Notes: a model not told the origin generated them from the letters alone. A stretch of 64,000 nt of DNA from Patescibacteria group bacterium (GCA_038064695.1 JBBTSO010000004.1:15792-79791), one strand, 5' to 3'. Counted from the stretch's first letter, positions 9,055-19,139 are shown. Program-made: numbers and translations.

Positions 9055-9151
9055 TACCTCTGCGGTCCCAGGGTATCGAGTCCAAGGGGGTGGACCAACA
9101 GTGGTTTTGGTTAGGGTTTTCTGCTATGCTCCATGCACACAATAAAAATAT

Positions 9152-9421
9152 ATGGCACTTTTTGAAATGATGGTGGCAAAAAATAAACCTTCTGTTCCTG
9201 GTGAAGACGGGAACGATTGGAAAGGTGACAGAGATCGTACGCCACCACCTGAGTATGGGAAAGAGTATTCTCCTGTTCCTACGCGGGAAGAGGAAGATGA
9301 ACTCATTGAAGGGATTTTAACGGGAGTAATTAAATTTAGTCCGTATCTGCTTGCTGCGGTGGCCGCATACTTTGTAGCAACACATTATTTTCGTTCCCCT
9401 CGATCAGCCGCCGCTTCTTAG
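9152..9421 (+). CDS. Small hypothetical protein with C-terminal TM
   Basis: 89-aa ORF, Pro/acidic N-terminus, hydrophobic tail. Confidence 0.6.
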   Translation: MALFEMMVAKNKPSVPGEDGNDWKGDRDRTPPPEYGKEYSPVPTREEEDELIEGILTGVIKFSPYLLAAVAAYFVATHYFRSPRSAAAS

Positions 9422-9443
9422 TAGTTTAAGTTGATATACTTGA

Positions 9444-10205
9444 GTGATGAAAATATGGAGTCCATTTAGAAAAAAGAAGATAGAAGGAGAAGTGGTTGAG
9501 TCTGGTGAACAAACTGATGCTCCAAAAAAGAAGTCTCGTGTTTTACGTGGCGCGGGAAAGGTGGCGCGCGCTGGTTGGGGCGCATTAAAAAATTTATTTA
9601 AATTTCCTAAAAACCCGGCTGGAGATGTAGTTGCTGTTGGTGCAACGGCAATCGTGACTGCTGCTGTCGTTGCGTCCGGCGCCGGAGAAGGTGATGAGGC
9701 GCTTTCGGTTAATGAAGGAACTGTTTCTGAAACACCTTCTTTAGACACGGAAACTAACGCCAGTGAGTTTCCAAATGAGTCGGTTGAAGAATCTTTTGCT
9801 CCGCTTCCTGAACTCGCGGTTGACGCGGTGCCTGGCGATGGTGCCATTACCATGATTTCTAAGTGGGCTGAAGTGGCAGCAGCAGATCCAAATATAAATT
9901 CCGAACAACTCGGGGGAACACTTGGGGCGTTGGTTGAAGCGGCGCGCTCGGGAGGTGATGTCTACGCGCTTGCCGAAGCACTCGCAAAAGAGTCAGGGCT
10001 GTACCAACCAAACGAAGCGTTGAATAGTTTTAATGTTTTCTCTGAAGGCGCGCTTCGTTTGCAATATGATGGTTCAGGCGGATATTCACTAACCATGGTA
10101 AATCCCGGCGGAGACTCTCACATCCTTCTCGCCATTTCATCCGAGGGAGTTGAAACAAAACAACCTCCCTATGCGGGTGATCAAATGATTACTCCAAAAA
10201 AATAA
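9444..10205 (+). CDS. Hypothetical membrane-anchored acidic protein
   Basis: 253-aa ORF, basic N-terminus, one TM, acidic remainder. Confidence 0.65.
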   Translation: MMKIWSPFRKKKIEGEVVESGEQTDAPKKKSRVLRGAGKVARAGWGALKNLFKFPKNPAGDVVAVGATAIVTAAVVASGAGEGDEALSVNEGTVSETPSLDTETNASEFPNESVEESFAPLPELAVDAVPGDGAITMISKWAEVAAADPNINSEQLGGTLGALVEAARSGGDVYALAEALAKESGLYQPNEALNSFNVFSEGALRLQYDGSGGYSLTMVNPGGDSHILLAISSEGVETKQPPYAGDQMITPKK

Positions 10206-10234
10206 TGAATATAATGAGCTGTTGCTCAACTGTT

Positions 10235-12376
10235 TTATTCAAAGTGGAGCGAATGCGCTTTTGCCTCGGCGAGTATCTTTAGAGATGGAGCTTCTTTGAG
10301 TGCAGGGTCTTTTTGAACGAGGGCAAATGCCTCCGTGCGAGCGGCTTCAACGAGTTTCAGGTTTTTTAATGCCTCCATACCGACGTCGGAGAGGCCCCAC
10401 TGTCGGCCCCCGTACAGCTCTCCTGCGCCGCGAATTTCCAAGTCTCGCTCTGCCAGTTCAAAACCATTCTTTGCTTTCACAATTGCCTTCAGACGCGCAG
10501 AGTCTGTTTTTGTCGATGAATCCACCATTAAAAACGAGTAGGGCTGGTGTGATGAGCGCATCACACGTCCACGGAGCTGGTGCAATTGTGCAAGTCCAAA
10601 TCGTTCAGCTCCTTCTATCATAATGACGGTGGCGTTTGGAACGTTGACGCCCACCTCAACGACCGACGTTGCCACGAGCACGTCAATAATACCTTTCGCA
10701 AATTCACTCATAGTGTCCTCTTTTTCTTTCAGTGTCATTTTGCTGTGAAGTTTTCCAATGACAAACTCTGGGAATATGTTGGCAAGCGACTTCATTTCGC
10801 TCGCCACTGACTTTGTTTGAAGCGCAAGCGCTTTGGTCGGGTCGGGTTCGTCAATGCGGGGACAAATAACGTACGCCTGTCTTCCTTCTTTGAGTAAACC
10901 GCGAATGTGTTCATACGCTTTTGTTCGGCCGCTTGGTGGGACAACTTCTGTCTTTATTTCTTTTCTTCCCGCGGGAAGTTCATCAAGAATAGTGAGGTCA
11001 AGGTCGCCATAAAGAGTGAGTGCCAAGGTGCGGGGAATGGGGGTCGCCGTCATTGAAAGGAGGTGTGGCTGTACTGTGCCTTTTGCCACCAACTCTTTTC
11101 TCTGCATCGTGCCGAAGCGGTGTTGCTCATCAATAATGGCGTACGCGAGGTGTTTGAACTGCACTGTTTTTTGAATAAGCGCGTGGGTGCCGATGACAAT
11201 CGGAATTTCGCCATTTGCCACCCACTTTAAAAATTGTGAACGGGAAATAGGTGTTGCCTCGCGTTTGTTTACTTTAGAAGGAAACTTGTAGCACCCTGAT
11301 CCCGTGATAAGACCAATCTGAATAGGGTGATCAACAAAAAAATCGGTAAATGTTTTGAAGTGTTGTTTTGCCAAAATTTCAGTGGGGCAAAGGTACGCTA
11401 CCTGGAGTCGGCCAAAGTCTTGCGCCACTCCTTTTTTGTTTTTTGGCCGACTGGTTGCAACCGCGTAGGCGGTCGCTGCGGCGACCGCCGTTTTTACGCT
11501 CCCCACGTCACCTTCCAAAAGGCGGTACATAGGGTGGGGGCGTTCAAAATCTTTGAGAATTTCTTGAATGGCCGTCTCCTGGCCTTTGGTGGGGGAGAAG
11601 GGAAATGAGTTGGTAAAGACGGTAACGCGCGCTTCGTCAGCGTCTACCGCGTACGCGCTCCGTGCCACGTGCGCCTCGCGCTCCAGCGCACGCGCGATTT
11701 GAATTAAAAACACTTCTTCAAACGCGAACCGTTTTTTTGCCGCTTCGGCATCTTTTTCTTTTTTGGGTTCGTGCGCAAAAATAAGCGCGGACTTTATATC
11801 GGGGAGGTTGTATTTTTTTCGTATGTTCTCGGGGATAGGATCGGGGACCTCGTTCCAATCAATAGCGCGCAAAATTTTCTGTATGGTGTGGTACATCCAT
11901 AGAGACGACACGCCGAATGATTCAGGGTATACGGGGAAGAGTCCCGAGTGTTGTTGCAGAATGGGAATGTTGTCAGTTTTTTCTACCGTGGGGTTTGCAA
12001 TGTATTTCTTGCCACTCCGTTCTGTTACTTTCCCACGTAGGCGCACCAGCTGCCCCACGGGAATCATTTTCGCGAGGTAGGGTTGGTGGAACCACGTCAC
12101 TTTGAGTGTTCCCGTTTCGTCGCTAAAATTTCCTTCGGCGATAGGCACTTTTGTTTTCCAGGAACGCTTCATATCTAAGCGCGAAAACTGCCCGTACAAA
12201 ACCGCTACGTCGCCGTCCTTTAAACTGGAGACCTGTTTGATGTCGGCGGATGATTCGTATCGTGAGGGAAGGTGGTAGAGGAGGTCGCGCACGGTAACAA
12301 TTCCAAGTTTTTTTAAACCCGGGGTGTGGTGCTTGGTGAGGCGCGCGTGGTGTGAAAGCAAATCGTCAGGGAGCAT
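10235..12376 (-). CDS. recG: ATP-dependent DNA helicase RecG
   Basis: OB wedge, DEQHRFG, MTATPIPRT, QLHQLRGRV, DLEIRGAG; Walker A reads GDVGSVKT. Confidence 0.96.
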   Translation of the reverse strand: MLPDDLLSHHARLTKHHTPGLKKLGIVTVRDLLYHLPSRYESSADIKQVSSLKDGDVAVLYGQFSRLDMKRSWKTKVPIAEGNFSDETGTLKVTWFHQPYLAKMIPVGQLVRLRGKVTERSGKKYIANPTVEKTDNIPILQQHSGLFPVYPESFGVSSLWMYHTIQKILRAIDWNEVPDPIPENIRKKYNLPDIKSALIFAHEPKKEKDAEAAKKRFAFEEVFLIQIARALEREAHVARSAYAVDADEARVTVFTNSFPFSPTKGQETAIQEILKDFERPHPMYRLLEGDVGSVKTAVAAATAYAVATSRPKNKKGVAQDFGRLQVAYLCPTEILAKQHFKTFTDFFVDHPIQIGLITGSGCYKFPSKVNKREATPISRSQFLKWVANGEIPIVIGTHALIQKTVQFKHLAYAIIDEQHRFGTMQRKELVAKGTVQPHLLSMTATPIPRTLALTLYGDLDLTILDELPAGRKEIKTEVVPPSGRTKAYEHIRGLLKEGRQAYVICPRIDEPDPTKALALQTKSVASEMKSLANIFPEFVIGKLHSKMTLKEKEDTMSEFAKGIIDVLVATSVVEVGVNVPNATVIMIEGAERFGLAQLHQLRGRVMRSSHQPYSFLMVDSSTKTDSARLKAIVKAKNGFELAERDLEIRGAGELYGGRQWGLSDVGMEALKNLKLVEAARTEAFALVQKDPALKEAPSLKILAEAKAHSLHFE

Positions 12377-12421
12377 GGTACAGTAGCAAACAGTGTCACT
12401 ACAGTATACGCTTCAGAGCTC

Positions 12422-13570
12422 ATGAAAAAAAAGAAAATAGACATTGGAAAGAAGTCACTCAAAGCGCATAAAAAGCTTGGGGGGAAAATTGCTACCGCCT
12501 CAAAAGTAACCTTAAAATCGCTCTCTGATTGGAGTACCTACTACACTCCCGGGGTAGGGGCAGTATCCACCCACCTAGCGAAACATCCCCATGACGCGAG
12601 CGTCTACACCATCAAGAAAAATACCGTCGCGGTTATCTCTGACGGTTCAGCGGTGTTGGGTTTAGGAAATATCGGCCCCTACGGCGCGCTCCCTGTTATG
12701 GAAGGCAAGGCGGCAATTTTTAAAGAGGTGGCGAACGTTGACGCAGTTCCTATCGTTTTAGACACACACGACCAAGAAAAAATTATTGAAACTATTGTAC
12801 ACATTGCGCCCGCATTTGGTGGCATAAACTTAGAAGATATTGCCTCGCCACAGTGTTTTTATATTGAAGAGGAGTTAAAAAAACAACTTTCCATTCCCGT
12901 GATGCACGACGACCAGCACGGGACCGCTATCGTGGTTTTGGCAGCGCTCACTAACGCATTAAGAGTGGTAAAAAAGAAAAAGGAAACTGTTTCAATAGTG
13001 ATTCTTGGTGCAGGAGCTGCGGGTTCTGCGGTAGCAAAATTGCTCGCGCTCGCCGGCTTTAAGGACCTCTGTGTCGTTGATCGTGAAGGCGCACTTTGTA
13101 GTTCAACAGCCGAGTTGCCGCTTCATAAAAAAATTCTTGCAATGCTCCCCTCTACAAAGTCTCATCTTAAAACACTTGAAGAGGTTATGGTGGGGGCAGA
13201 CGTTTTTATTGGCATTTCAAGCGCGAACGCAATAACCCAAAAAATGGTGAAGTCCATGGCGCCACACTCCATTGTTTTTGCGCTTGCCAACCCCACTCCA
13301 GAAATTATGCCGGACCTTGCAAAGCGTGCGGGGGCAAAGGTGGTGGCCACAGGAAGGTCTGACTTTCCAAACCAAGTTAACAACGCGCTTGTATTTCCTG
13401 GCGTGTTTCGCGGAGCGCTTGACCACCACGTGACTCAGATAACTGACGAAATGAAGCTTCGCGCTGCATACGCGCTCGCCAGAATGGTAAAAAAACCACA
13501 CGCGGAGCACATCATTCCGTCAGTACTCAATCCTCAGGTGGTGAAAGCGATAGCCAAGGCGATTAAGTAG
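12422..13570 (+). CDS. NAD(P)-dependent malic enzyme
   Basis: YTPGVG, MEGKA, NLEDI, HDDQHGT, GAGAAG, NQVNN. Confidence 0.95.
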   Translation: MKKKKIDIGKKSLKAHKKLGGKIATASKVTLKSLSDWSTYYTPGVGAVSTHLAKHPHDASVYTIKKNTVAVISDGSAVLGLGNIGPYGALPVMEGKAAIFKEVANVDAVPIVLDTHDQEKIIETIVHIAPAFGGINLEDIASPQCFYIEEELKKQLSIPVMHDDQHGTAIVVLAALTNALRVVKKKKETVSIVILGAGAAGSAVAKLLALAGFKDLCVVDREGALCSSTAELPLHKKILAMLPSTKSHLKTLEEVMVGADVFIGISSANAITQKMVKSMAPHSIVFALANPTPEIMPDLAKRAGAKVVATGRSDFPNQVNNALVFPGVFRGALDHHVTQITDEMKLRAAYALARMVKKPHAEHIIPSVLNPQVVKAIAKAIK

Positions 13571-13583
13571 GATACTTGACTTT

Positions 13584-14147
13584 TTACTCTCCCACATCAC
13601 GAAGTGGTTGGTCAGTTTTTCCTTCGCGTAGCAGCGTATACGTACCTGCGGTAACATCAACGTCATAAATATTAAAGTTCGTATCGAGGTCAAAGTTGGG
13701 AAAGTGTCGCGCAAAATTCATAGAAATTGAACCCTGCGGACTGGTGACACGGTGGAACACATGGGTGGGCCAGCCTAACAGCGCAGGCCCTGAATGAATT
13801 TCTTTTCCGCGATGAACAATAGAGTTTGGGGTAACAACAAATGTTTCTATAGCTCCGTGAGTAGATGTGTACAGTTCAACGACACGTTCTCCCCCCAACA
13901 CAAGTAGGTTGTCTTCTTGGTCGGGGTGCATGTACCACGCGCGTACGTCGGGACGGTTTACTGCAATCGGGCTAAAGGCGCCCACATCGTGGTGCACGCG
14001 GTCAATGGAGTGAATGTATTCAATAAATCCTCCAGGCAAATCGTGAAATTGGACACTCGGTGTGGTGCGCAGTGGCACGAGCGGAATAAAAAATACGAGT
14101 CCAGGAACTATGTCGTGATGCAGTTTCTCTTTCATAATACGGGCCAT
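13584..14147 (-). CDS. Cupin (RmlC-like) protein
   Basis: WYMHPDQEDNLLV and P..VFHR cupin motifs. Confidence 0.7.
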   Translation of the reverse strand: MARIMKEKLHHDIVPGLVFFIPLVPLRTTPSVQFHDLPGGFIEYIHSIDRVHHDVGAFSPIAVNRPDVRAWYMHPDQEDNLLVLGGERVVELYTSTHGAIETFVVTPNSIVHRGKEIHSGPALLGWPTHVFHRVTSPQGSISMNFARHFPNFDLDTNFNIYDVDVTAGTYTLLREGKTDQPLRDVGE

Positions 14148-14183
14148 TTTAACACAGCAGAGATTGTTGAAATATTGAGCAAT

Positions 14184-14212
14184 TTGACAATTTTATATAA
14201 AAATGATATAAT
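14184..14212 (+). promoter_or_regulatory. Consensus sigma70 promoter, leaderless arrangement
   Basis: TTGACA-17 nt-TATAAT, 6 nt before ATG 14219. Confidence 0.8.
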
Positions 14213-14218
14213 ACCACC

Positions 14219-15103
14219 ATGGCTTGGTTTGAAAAGTTGCAAGAAAATGCCCCCACTTTATTTTCCGAATTAAAACGGTCTCGCGCTTTTGCTGTCCCCG
14301 AGGAAAGAAACTTTGTTGCGCCACGGTCTCCGCATGAAAAACCACCCATTGAAGATGAGGTGGTAGTACTTGATGTAAATAAAGTAAAGCCTGACTTGGT
14401 GGAGAGCCTTGTACATCGTGGAGGTACTGTGGTATTTGATGGCAACGTGACTGACTACTATTTTGATATCAGAAGTGGAGATGTAAAGACATACCCAATG
14501 GTGCAGGATTGGCCCCGCATTCGTCATAAACTTCACGTTGATGGGAGAGAAACATATGAGTTTACCCAAAAAGGAGTCCGCTCAACCACTGAAAGTGGCG
14601 GTTCAAAGTCAGGTGAATTTACGGAAGTGTGTTCTTCGTATGAAGAAGCTGATGCGGCGATGCGTTCGTACCTTGCTTCTTGCGGGTTAGATAGCACAAC
14701 GATTGCATCACTCTACGCATGGAATGTTTTTTCTAAACATCGCACTTCTATTGAACTTGAGAATGTCGCGGTTGACGTTGATACGTGGATTCGTCGAGAA
14801 ATTGTACTTGATGAAACAGCACCAACTCCTATTACGGCCAAACAAACATTTAACACTCCGGATGCTGATGTACAGATACCCACCTACGCTGAGTTTGAAG
14901 TTATCTATGACGACCCCGAAGGTGATCCAGAAAAACAGAGTATCGCAAACGCAAAAATTCAAGAACGAGATGCACTCATGGCAGAACTCGGAGTCCAATC
15001 CTCAAAGATTGGAACAGGAGTGATTGAATCTCACTATGGTGGAAAACCATCATGGCAAATTCGCGATGAATATAGAAAACAAAAAATAGAGAACGCTGCT
15101 TAG
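14219..15103 (+). CDS. CYTH/triphosphate-tunnel-like protein
   Basis: EDE.., DYYFD, RIR, FTQKG, KHRTSIEL..VDVD, YAEFE spacing typical of CYTH. Confidence 0.55.
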   Translation: MAWFEKLQENAPTLFSELKRSRAFAVPEERNFVAPRSPHEKPPIEDEVVVLDVNKVKPDLVESLVHRGGTVVFDGNVTDYYFDIRSGDVKTYPMVQDWPRIRHKLHVDGRETYEFTQKGVRSTTESGGSKSGEFTEVCSSYEEADAAMRSYLASCGLDSTTIASLYAWNVFSKHRTSIELENVAVDVDTWIRREIVLDETAPTPITAKQTFNTPDADVQIPTYAEFEVIYDDPEGDPEKQSIANAKIQERDALMAELGVQSSKIGTGVIESHYGGKPSWQIRDEYRKQKIENAA

Positions 15104-16443
15104 TCTGTTTCCCACGGAAGTGCTCCTCCGGGAATGTATGTTTTGAGCGCGGGCTCTCCCTGCTCCCACGTTTCAAGAATTGGGTCGGCAAATATCCATT
15201 CAAGTTCCACTTCCTTTTTCGTGGGGAAGCGCGTGTGGTCGCTATGCCATGAATCCAAAAACAGTTGCGCGTACTCGTCAGCGTACTGAATTTTTGGTTC
15301 CTCATCTTTATATTCTTCAATAGTGGTGATGAGCGACCCTTTTTTAGTGTAGATACGAGGAACAGGTTCAAGCTCTATATGGAGTGAGTCGGTGTGATCG
15401 CAGTCAAACTCAATGACGACGTCTTTTTTAATCTGACTCATGCGTTTTCCTCCGCGGAGGCGGACCGGAACTCCTTTGTGTGGCGCGTGCGTTAAGGCAA
15501 AGCGAATATCAAAGTACGTTTCAACGCGTGAGTCTTGAGCAACCCCTGGGATGCTCTGGTATGTTTCGTACTGCGCACGGGTGGTGTTTTCTATAATGTG
15601 ACCGTCAGTGAGTTTGGGAAGGGATGCGATAAACGATTCGCGAGCGGAACAAACGGCTCGCGGCGTGAAGTCGGGAATTTCCATAAGCGAGAGCGCTAAC
15701 ATTTCTAGGTGATGATTTTGACCCACGTCGCGGAGTGCTCCCACGCCGTCATAAAATGCGCCACGTTTTTCAACACCCATTTCTTCAAAAAGAGTAACCG
15801 TCACCTCTTTAATGCGCTCAGTGAGACGGAGCGTTTCGTATAAGTGGTGATCGCGCCTAGCGTGTAAAAGTTTTTGAAGGACGGGTTTTGCCAGGTAGTG
15901 GTCAATGCGGAAAATTTCACTCTCGTCAAAATATTCGTCTAAAAATGCATTTAGCGCGCGTGCCGTTTCTTCGTTTTTCCCAAACGGTTTTTCAATAAGA
16001 ATATTGCGGTGGGTGCTCCCTTTCGGCGCCACCGACGCAATATGGGGGACTAAGGTGCGTACCAACTCAGGCGGTACGGCGAGGTAAAAGCTTTTGAGTG
16101 ACAAACTGCCACGAAGCATGTCGTTGTGTTCAAAACGTTTTTTGAGTTCTGTAAAAGAGTCAACATCATGAAATTCGCCCCGGTGATAGTGGAAGAGTTC
16201 CAAAAATCCTTTCGAAGAGCGCACGGTACAGTCCGACTGAACACGTTTGAGGTTAATAAATACATACTCACGGAAGCTTTCGGTTGTGTGCGGGTGTCTC
16301 CCAAAACCAATGACTGAAAATGATTCAGGAATTTTTTTCCTCGTGTAGAGAAAGTAGAGTGAAGGAATTATTTTTCGTGCAAATAAATCTCCCGTCGCAC
16401 CGAATACGGTGAACGTGATAGGAGTGCCAGCAAGAGTGTTCAC
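15100..16443 (-). CDS. zwf: Glucose-6-phosphate 1-dehydrogenase
   Basis: GATGDL, EKPFG, RIDHYLAK, RDVGQNH; GTG start. Confidence 0.93.
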   Translation of the reverse strand: MNTLAGTPITFTVFGATGDLFARKIIPSLYFLYTRKKIPESFSVIGFGRHPHTTESFREYVFINLKRVQSDCTVRSSKGFLELFHYHRGEFHDVDSFTELKKRFEHNDMLRGSLSLKSFYLAVPPELVRTLVPHIASVAPKGSTHRNILIEKPFGKNEETARALNAFLDEYFDESEIFRIDHYLAKPVLQKLLHARRDHHLYETLRLTERIKEVTVTLFEEMGVEKRGAFYDGVGALRDVGQNHHLEMLALSLMEIPDFTPRAVCSARESFIASLPKLTDGHIIENTTRAQYETYQSIPGVAQDSRVETYFDIRFALTHAPHKGVPVRLRGGKRMSQIKKDVVIEFDCDHTDSLHIELEPVPRIYTKKGSLITTIEEYKDEEPKIQYADEYAQLFLDSWHSDHTRFPTKKEVELEWIFADPILETWEQGEPALKTYIPGGALPWETD

Positions 16444-16497
16444 GGTAGGGGAATAGTATCAGGTTCACGCTTCACTACCCCCACGTACGTGCCAAAA

Positions 16498-17304
16498 CTA
16501 TACGTCAATTACCTCAGCGGCGTTTCCTCCTTGGATGTAGACTTCAATGAAGCGGTCGTCTTTGTACCCAGAGCTTCCTACGGCGGCACCAAGTTGTCCT
16601 TCAGGAACGTCTTTAAGGCGGTTATACATAGGAATAGTTCGTCCCCCGAGTTCTATTTCTTTAGGCATTTTTCCTCCGTAGTCGTCCAACGTGAGTGTTG
16701 TTTTTATGTTTCCGAAGTTATCGGCAAACCACGCGCGTGCTGGCGCGTCTGGAATACCTTCAATGGGTACTTCTACGCCTGGACACAAAATTCCTTTTGA
16801 AATGTAGGCGTGCGCGACGCGTGGCATAAAGTTGAGGCTTCTGAACTGTGTGCTACTGATGCGATCTGCTTCCTCCTGATCAATAATGAGGAGTTTCACC
16901 AACTCTTTTAGAGACTCGTGGTAGTTAAACACGTGTACCTTATCAATGAGTTTGAATTTTTTAAGGAGTGAGAGCATGTATCCGCCGAGTGTTGACACGA
17001 TGTCGGTGTTGTCTACGCGGGTGTAACAGAAAGGAGTTCCGTTATCTAGGTTGTTGAAGTGAGAAAATTTATCAATACTTTTTGAGAGCCACCACGCTTT
17101 TCGTGAGCGGGGAGCCACGTTTGCAAGAATGAGTCCTTTGCCTCCGTAGAGAGAGTCAAGCGTGTCAATAATCATTCCGCTCGCCTCAAGGTCGTGTGTT
17201 GCACCAATAAACGAAACGGGAGCATTGAAGAGGGACTCCGCGCGTGTTACCTGTCGCCCTTTTGCGTTCTCATCGCGACAGTCATTGATGATGGTTATTT
17301 GCAT
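16498..17304 (-). CDS. SAM hydroxide adenosyltransferase (DUF62)-like protein
   Basis: ITIIND, QFRS, ADNFGNIKT, AVGSSG..IEV..GGNAA. Confidence 0.7.
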   Translation of the reverse strand: MQITIINDCRDENAKGRQVTRAESLFNAPVSFIGATHDLEASGMIIDTLDSLYGGKGLILANVAPRSRKAWWLSKSIDKFSHFNNLDNGTPFCYTRVDNTDIVSTLGGYMLSLLKKFKLIDKVHVFNYHESLKELVKLLIIDQEEADRISSTQFRSLNFMPRVAHAYISKGILCPGVEVPIEGIPDAPARAWFADNFGNIKTTLTLDDYGGKMPKEIELGGRTIPMYNRLKDVPEGQLGAAVGSSGYKDDRFIEVYIQGGNAAEVIDV

Positions 17305-17324
17305 ACGTAACAATTATGAAAAAT

Positions 17325-17364
17325 AAAAAAGCCCCGAAAGACTGCTTTAAGCATAGCACGGGGC
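17325..17364 (-). terminator. Probable terminator after tRNA-Ser
   Basis: Minus strand GCCCCG...CGGGGC followed by TTTTTT. Confidence 0.5.
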
Positions 17365-17391
17365 CTCTCTAGAGGGGAAGGGAATTACTAG

Positions 17392-17478
17392 CGGAGACGA
17401 CTGGATTCGAACCAGTGAGGGCGGTTAAGCCCTACCTCGTTAGCAGTGAGGCGCTTTCGACCACTCAGCCACGTCTCC
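17392..17478 (-). tRNA. tRNA-Ser (GCT)
   Basis: GGAGACG/CGTCTCC acceptor, long variable arm, CT GCT AA loop. Confidence 0.95.
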
Positions 17479-17566
17479 GTTTTGACAACGATAACATAAA
17501 AGGTTTACACAAACTACCTTCAGTCTGTAGTTCATAAATAGGTTATGTGTGTTACGGTAAACTTCT

Positions 17567-18460
17567 ATGAATTGGATTTTTCTGTCTCTCGCCGCTCCCT
17601 TTTTTTGGGCGGGGTCTAATTTTATTGATAAGTACATTTTAGAGAAACACATAAAAGGTATTTTTGACTTTCTCTTTTTTACTACGCTCACAAACTGGGT
17701 GTTCTTTTTTGGAATATTTTTATTTATTGGCATGCCTACATTTTCGTGGAATACACTAATTCCGATTAGCACTGGGTTAGTGCTCGTATACTCCTACGGG
17801 TTTTATGGGAAGGCTTTACAACAGAGCGATACATCTGCATTAGTAATTTTGTTTAAATTAGTGCCTGTAATTACACTCGCACTCGCTTTTATTTTTCTAG
17901 GACAATCTCTTGCCCCACATGAGTTATTTGGTTTTTTTGTTGTTTTATGCGGAGCTTTTTTGATGTCGTTTGAAAAAAGTACAGGGAAATTTTTCAAAGG
18001 GTTTTGGATGATACTCGTTGCAATAGTGATTTGGTCTGTGATGACCTTGGTTGTTGATTTTGGTCTTACCACGATGTCGTTTTGGGAATATTTTATGTTA
18101 GACAACCTAGGATCTGCCTTAGCTGGACTTACCTTGCTGGCCACTTCTTCTCTCCGTGCTCAAATAAGTGAGGGGATACGCTCTGCAAATATTAAAAAAT
18201 ACTTTTGGTTTTCTATAAACGGTCTCCTAGATTTTTTTGGTCAGATGAGTATCAAAATGGCGCTTGCCATTGCTCCTTCAGCTGGTCTCGTGATGGCGGT
18301 AACTCAAGTGCAGTCGTTTTACGCAATACTTATAGGCATTTTTGCAACCATTCTTTTGCCGAACATTATTAGGGAGGATATTAGTAAGACAACTCTCATG
18401 AAGAAAGTGTTTGGGGCATCGGTAATGTTTGCGGGTATCTTTTTTATTTTAGTTTTGTAG
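17567..18460 (+). CDS. EamA/DMT family transporter
   Basis: About 10 TMs in two repeats; AT-rich. Confidence 0.85.
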   Translation: MNWIFLSLAAPFFWAGSNFIDKYILEKHIKGIFDFLFFTTLTNWVFFFGIFLFIGMPTFSWNTLIPISTGLVLVYSYGFYGKALQQSDTSALVILFKLVPVITLALAFIFLGQSLAPHELFGFFVVLCGAFLMSFEKSTGKFFKGFWMILVAIVIWSVMTLVVDFGLTTMSFWEYFMLDNLGSALAGLTLLATSSLRAQISEGIRSANIKKYFWFSINGLLDFFGQMSIKMALAIAPSAGLVMAVTQVQSFYAILIGIFATILLPNIIREDISKTTLMKKVFGASVMFAGIFFILVL

Positions 18461-18462
18461 GC

Positions 18463-19107
18463 TTATTTCGCCAGCGCAACACGAATAATGTCTGTAGCGC
18501 CTGCCTCAAAGAGCGCGCGCGTCGCATCTCCTAACGTTGCGCCGCTTTCGGTAACGTCGTCAATAAGAAAAATTGTTTGCCCGCGTACCGTGGAATGTAA
18601 GTGTACTGGCACGAAAAATGCTCCCGCTATATTGTCCGCGCGTTTATTTTTTGGCACTTTCGTTTGACTCGGACGGTCGTGGCGTGAGAGCACATCAGCG
18701 TACTGGTACGTATTTTTTATATCGCTTGGGAGGGCTTCAAGTATTCTTTTTACCTGGTGGGCCCCGCGGCGCCGCGCACGCGTGGGAGCAGTGGGGACAG
18801 GAACGAGTAGGGGAATATTTTTGTCACTCTTTTTCTCTCGCGTTCTCTCTATATCGCAGATCATGTCGCGTAGTATGAGCGCGAGTACAGAACTACTGTG
18901 AGCGTCCCGGTAGTATTTGTTTGCCTTAATGAGCGCGCGCACCCCTTCGTGTGCATAGGGAAGTCCTGTGTAGACACTACTTTCACTTCTCAATGACAAT
19001 ACAAACAAAGGTTTTAGTGTTTCTTTGCTAACCGAGTGTGCCACAACCACGTCCCGGTGTGGAGGGAAAAGCATGTCAACGATCGCCTTAAGTCCAGCGT
19101 TCACCAT
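18463..19107 (-). CDS. comF: ComF-like phosphoribosyltransferase
   Basis: LVPVP....RRRG, R..NIAGAF, LIDDVTESGAT; divergent from the pil operon. Confidence 0.85.
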   Translation of the reverse strand: MVNAGLKAIVDMLFPPHRDVVVAHSVSKETLKPLFVLSLRSESSVYTGLPYAHEGVRALIKANKYYRDAHSSSVLALILRDMICDIERTREKKSDKNIPLLVPVPTAPTRARRRGAHQVKRILEALPSDIKNTYQYADVLSRHDRPSQTKVPKNKRADNIAGAFFVPVHLHSTVRGQTIFLIDDVTESGATLGDATRALFEAGATDIIRVALAK

Positions 19108-19139
19108 GGTATTCTAGAATAGTACTCCTTAAAAGCGGT

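Larger units (their letters stand above)
8787..9097 (+). pseudogene. Interrupted, degenerate tRNA-Ile(UAU): 5' half 8787-8823, 3' half 9055-9097
   Basis: Joining the halves restores GAGCTTATACCTCTGC anticodon arm; acceptor stem 5/7 paired and T-arm damaged. Confidence 0.75.

Noticed and set aside
17305-17391. SAM riboswitch upstream of the DUF62-like gene
   Set aside because: No recognisable SAM aptamer consensus; the hairpin plus U-tract is adequately explained as the tRNA-Ser terminator.
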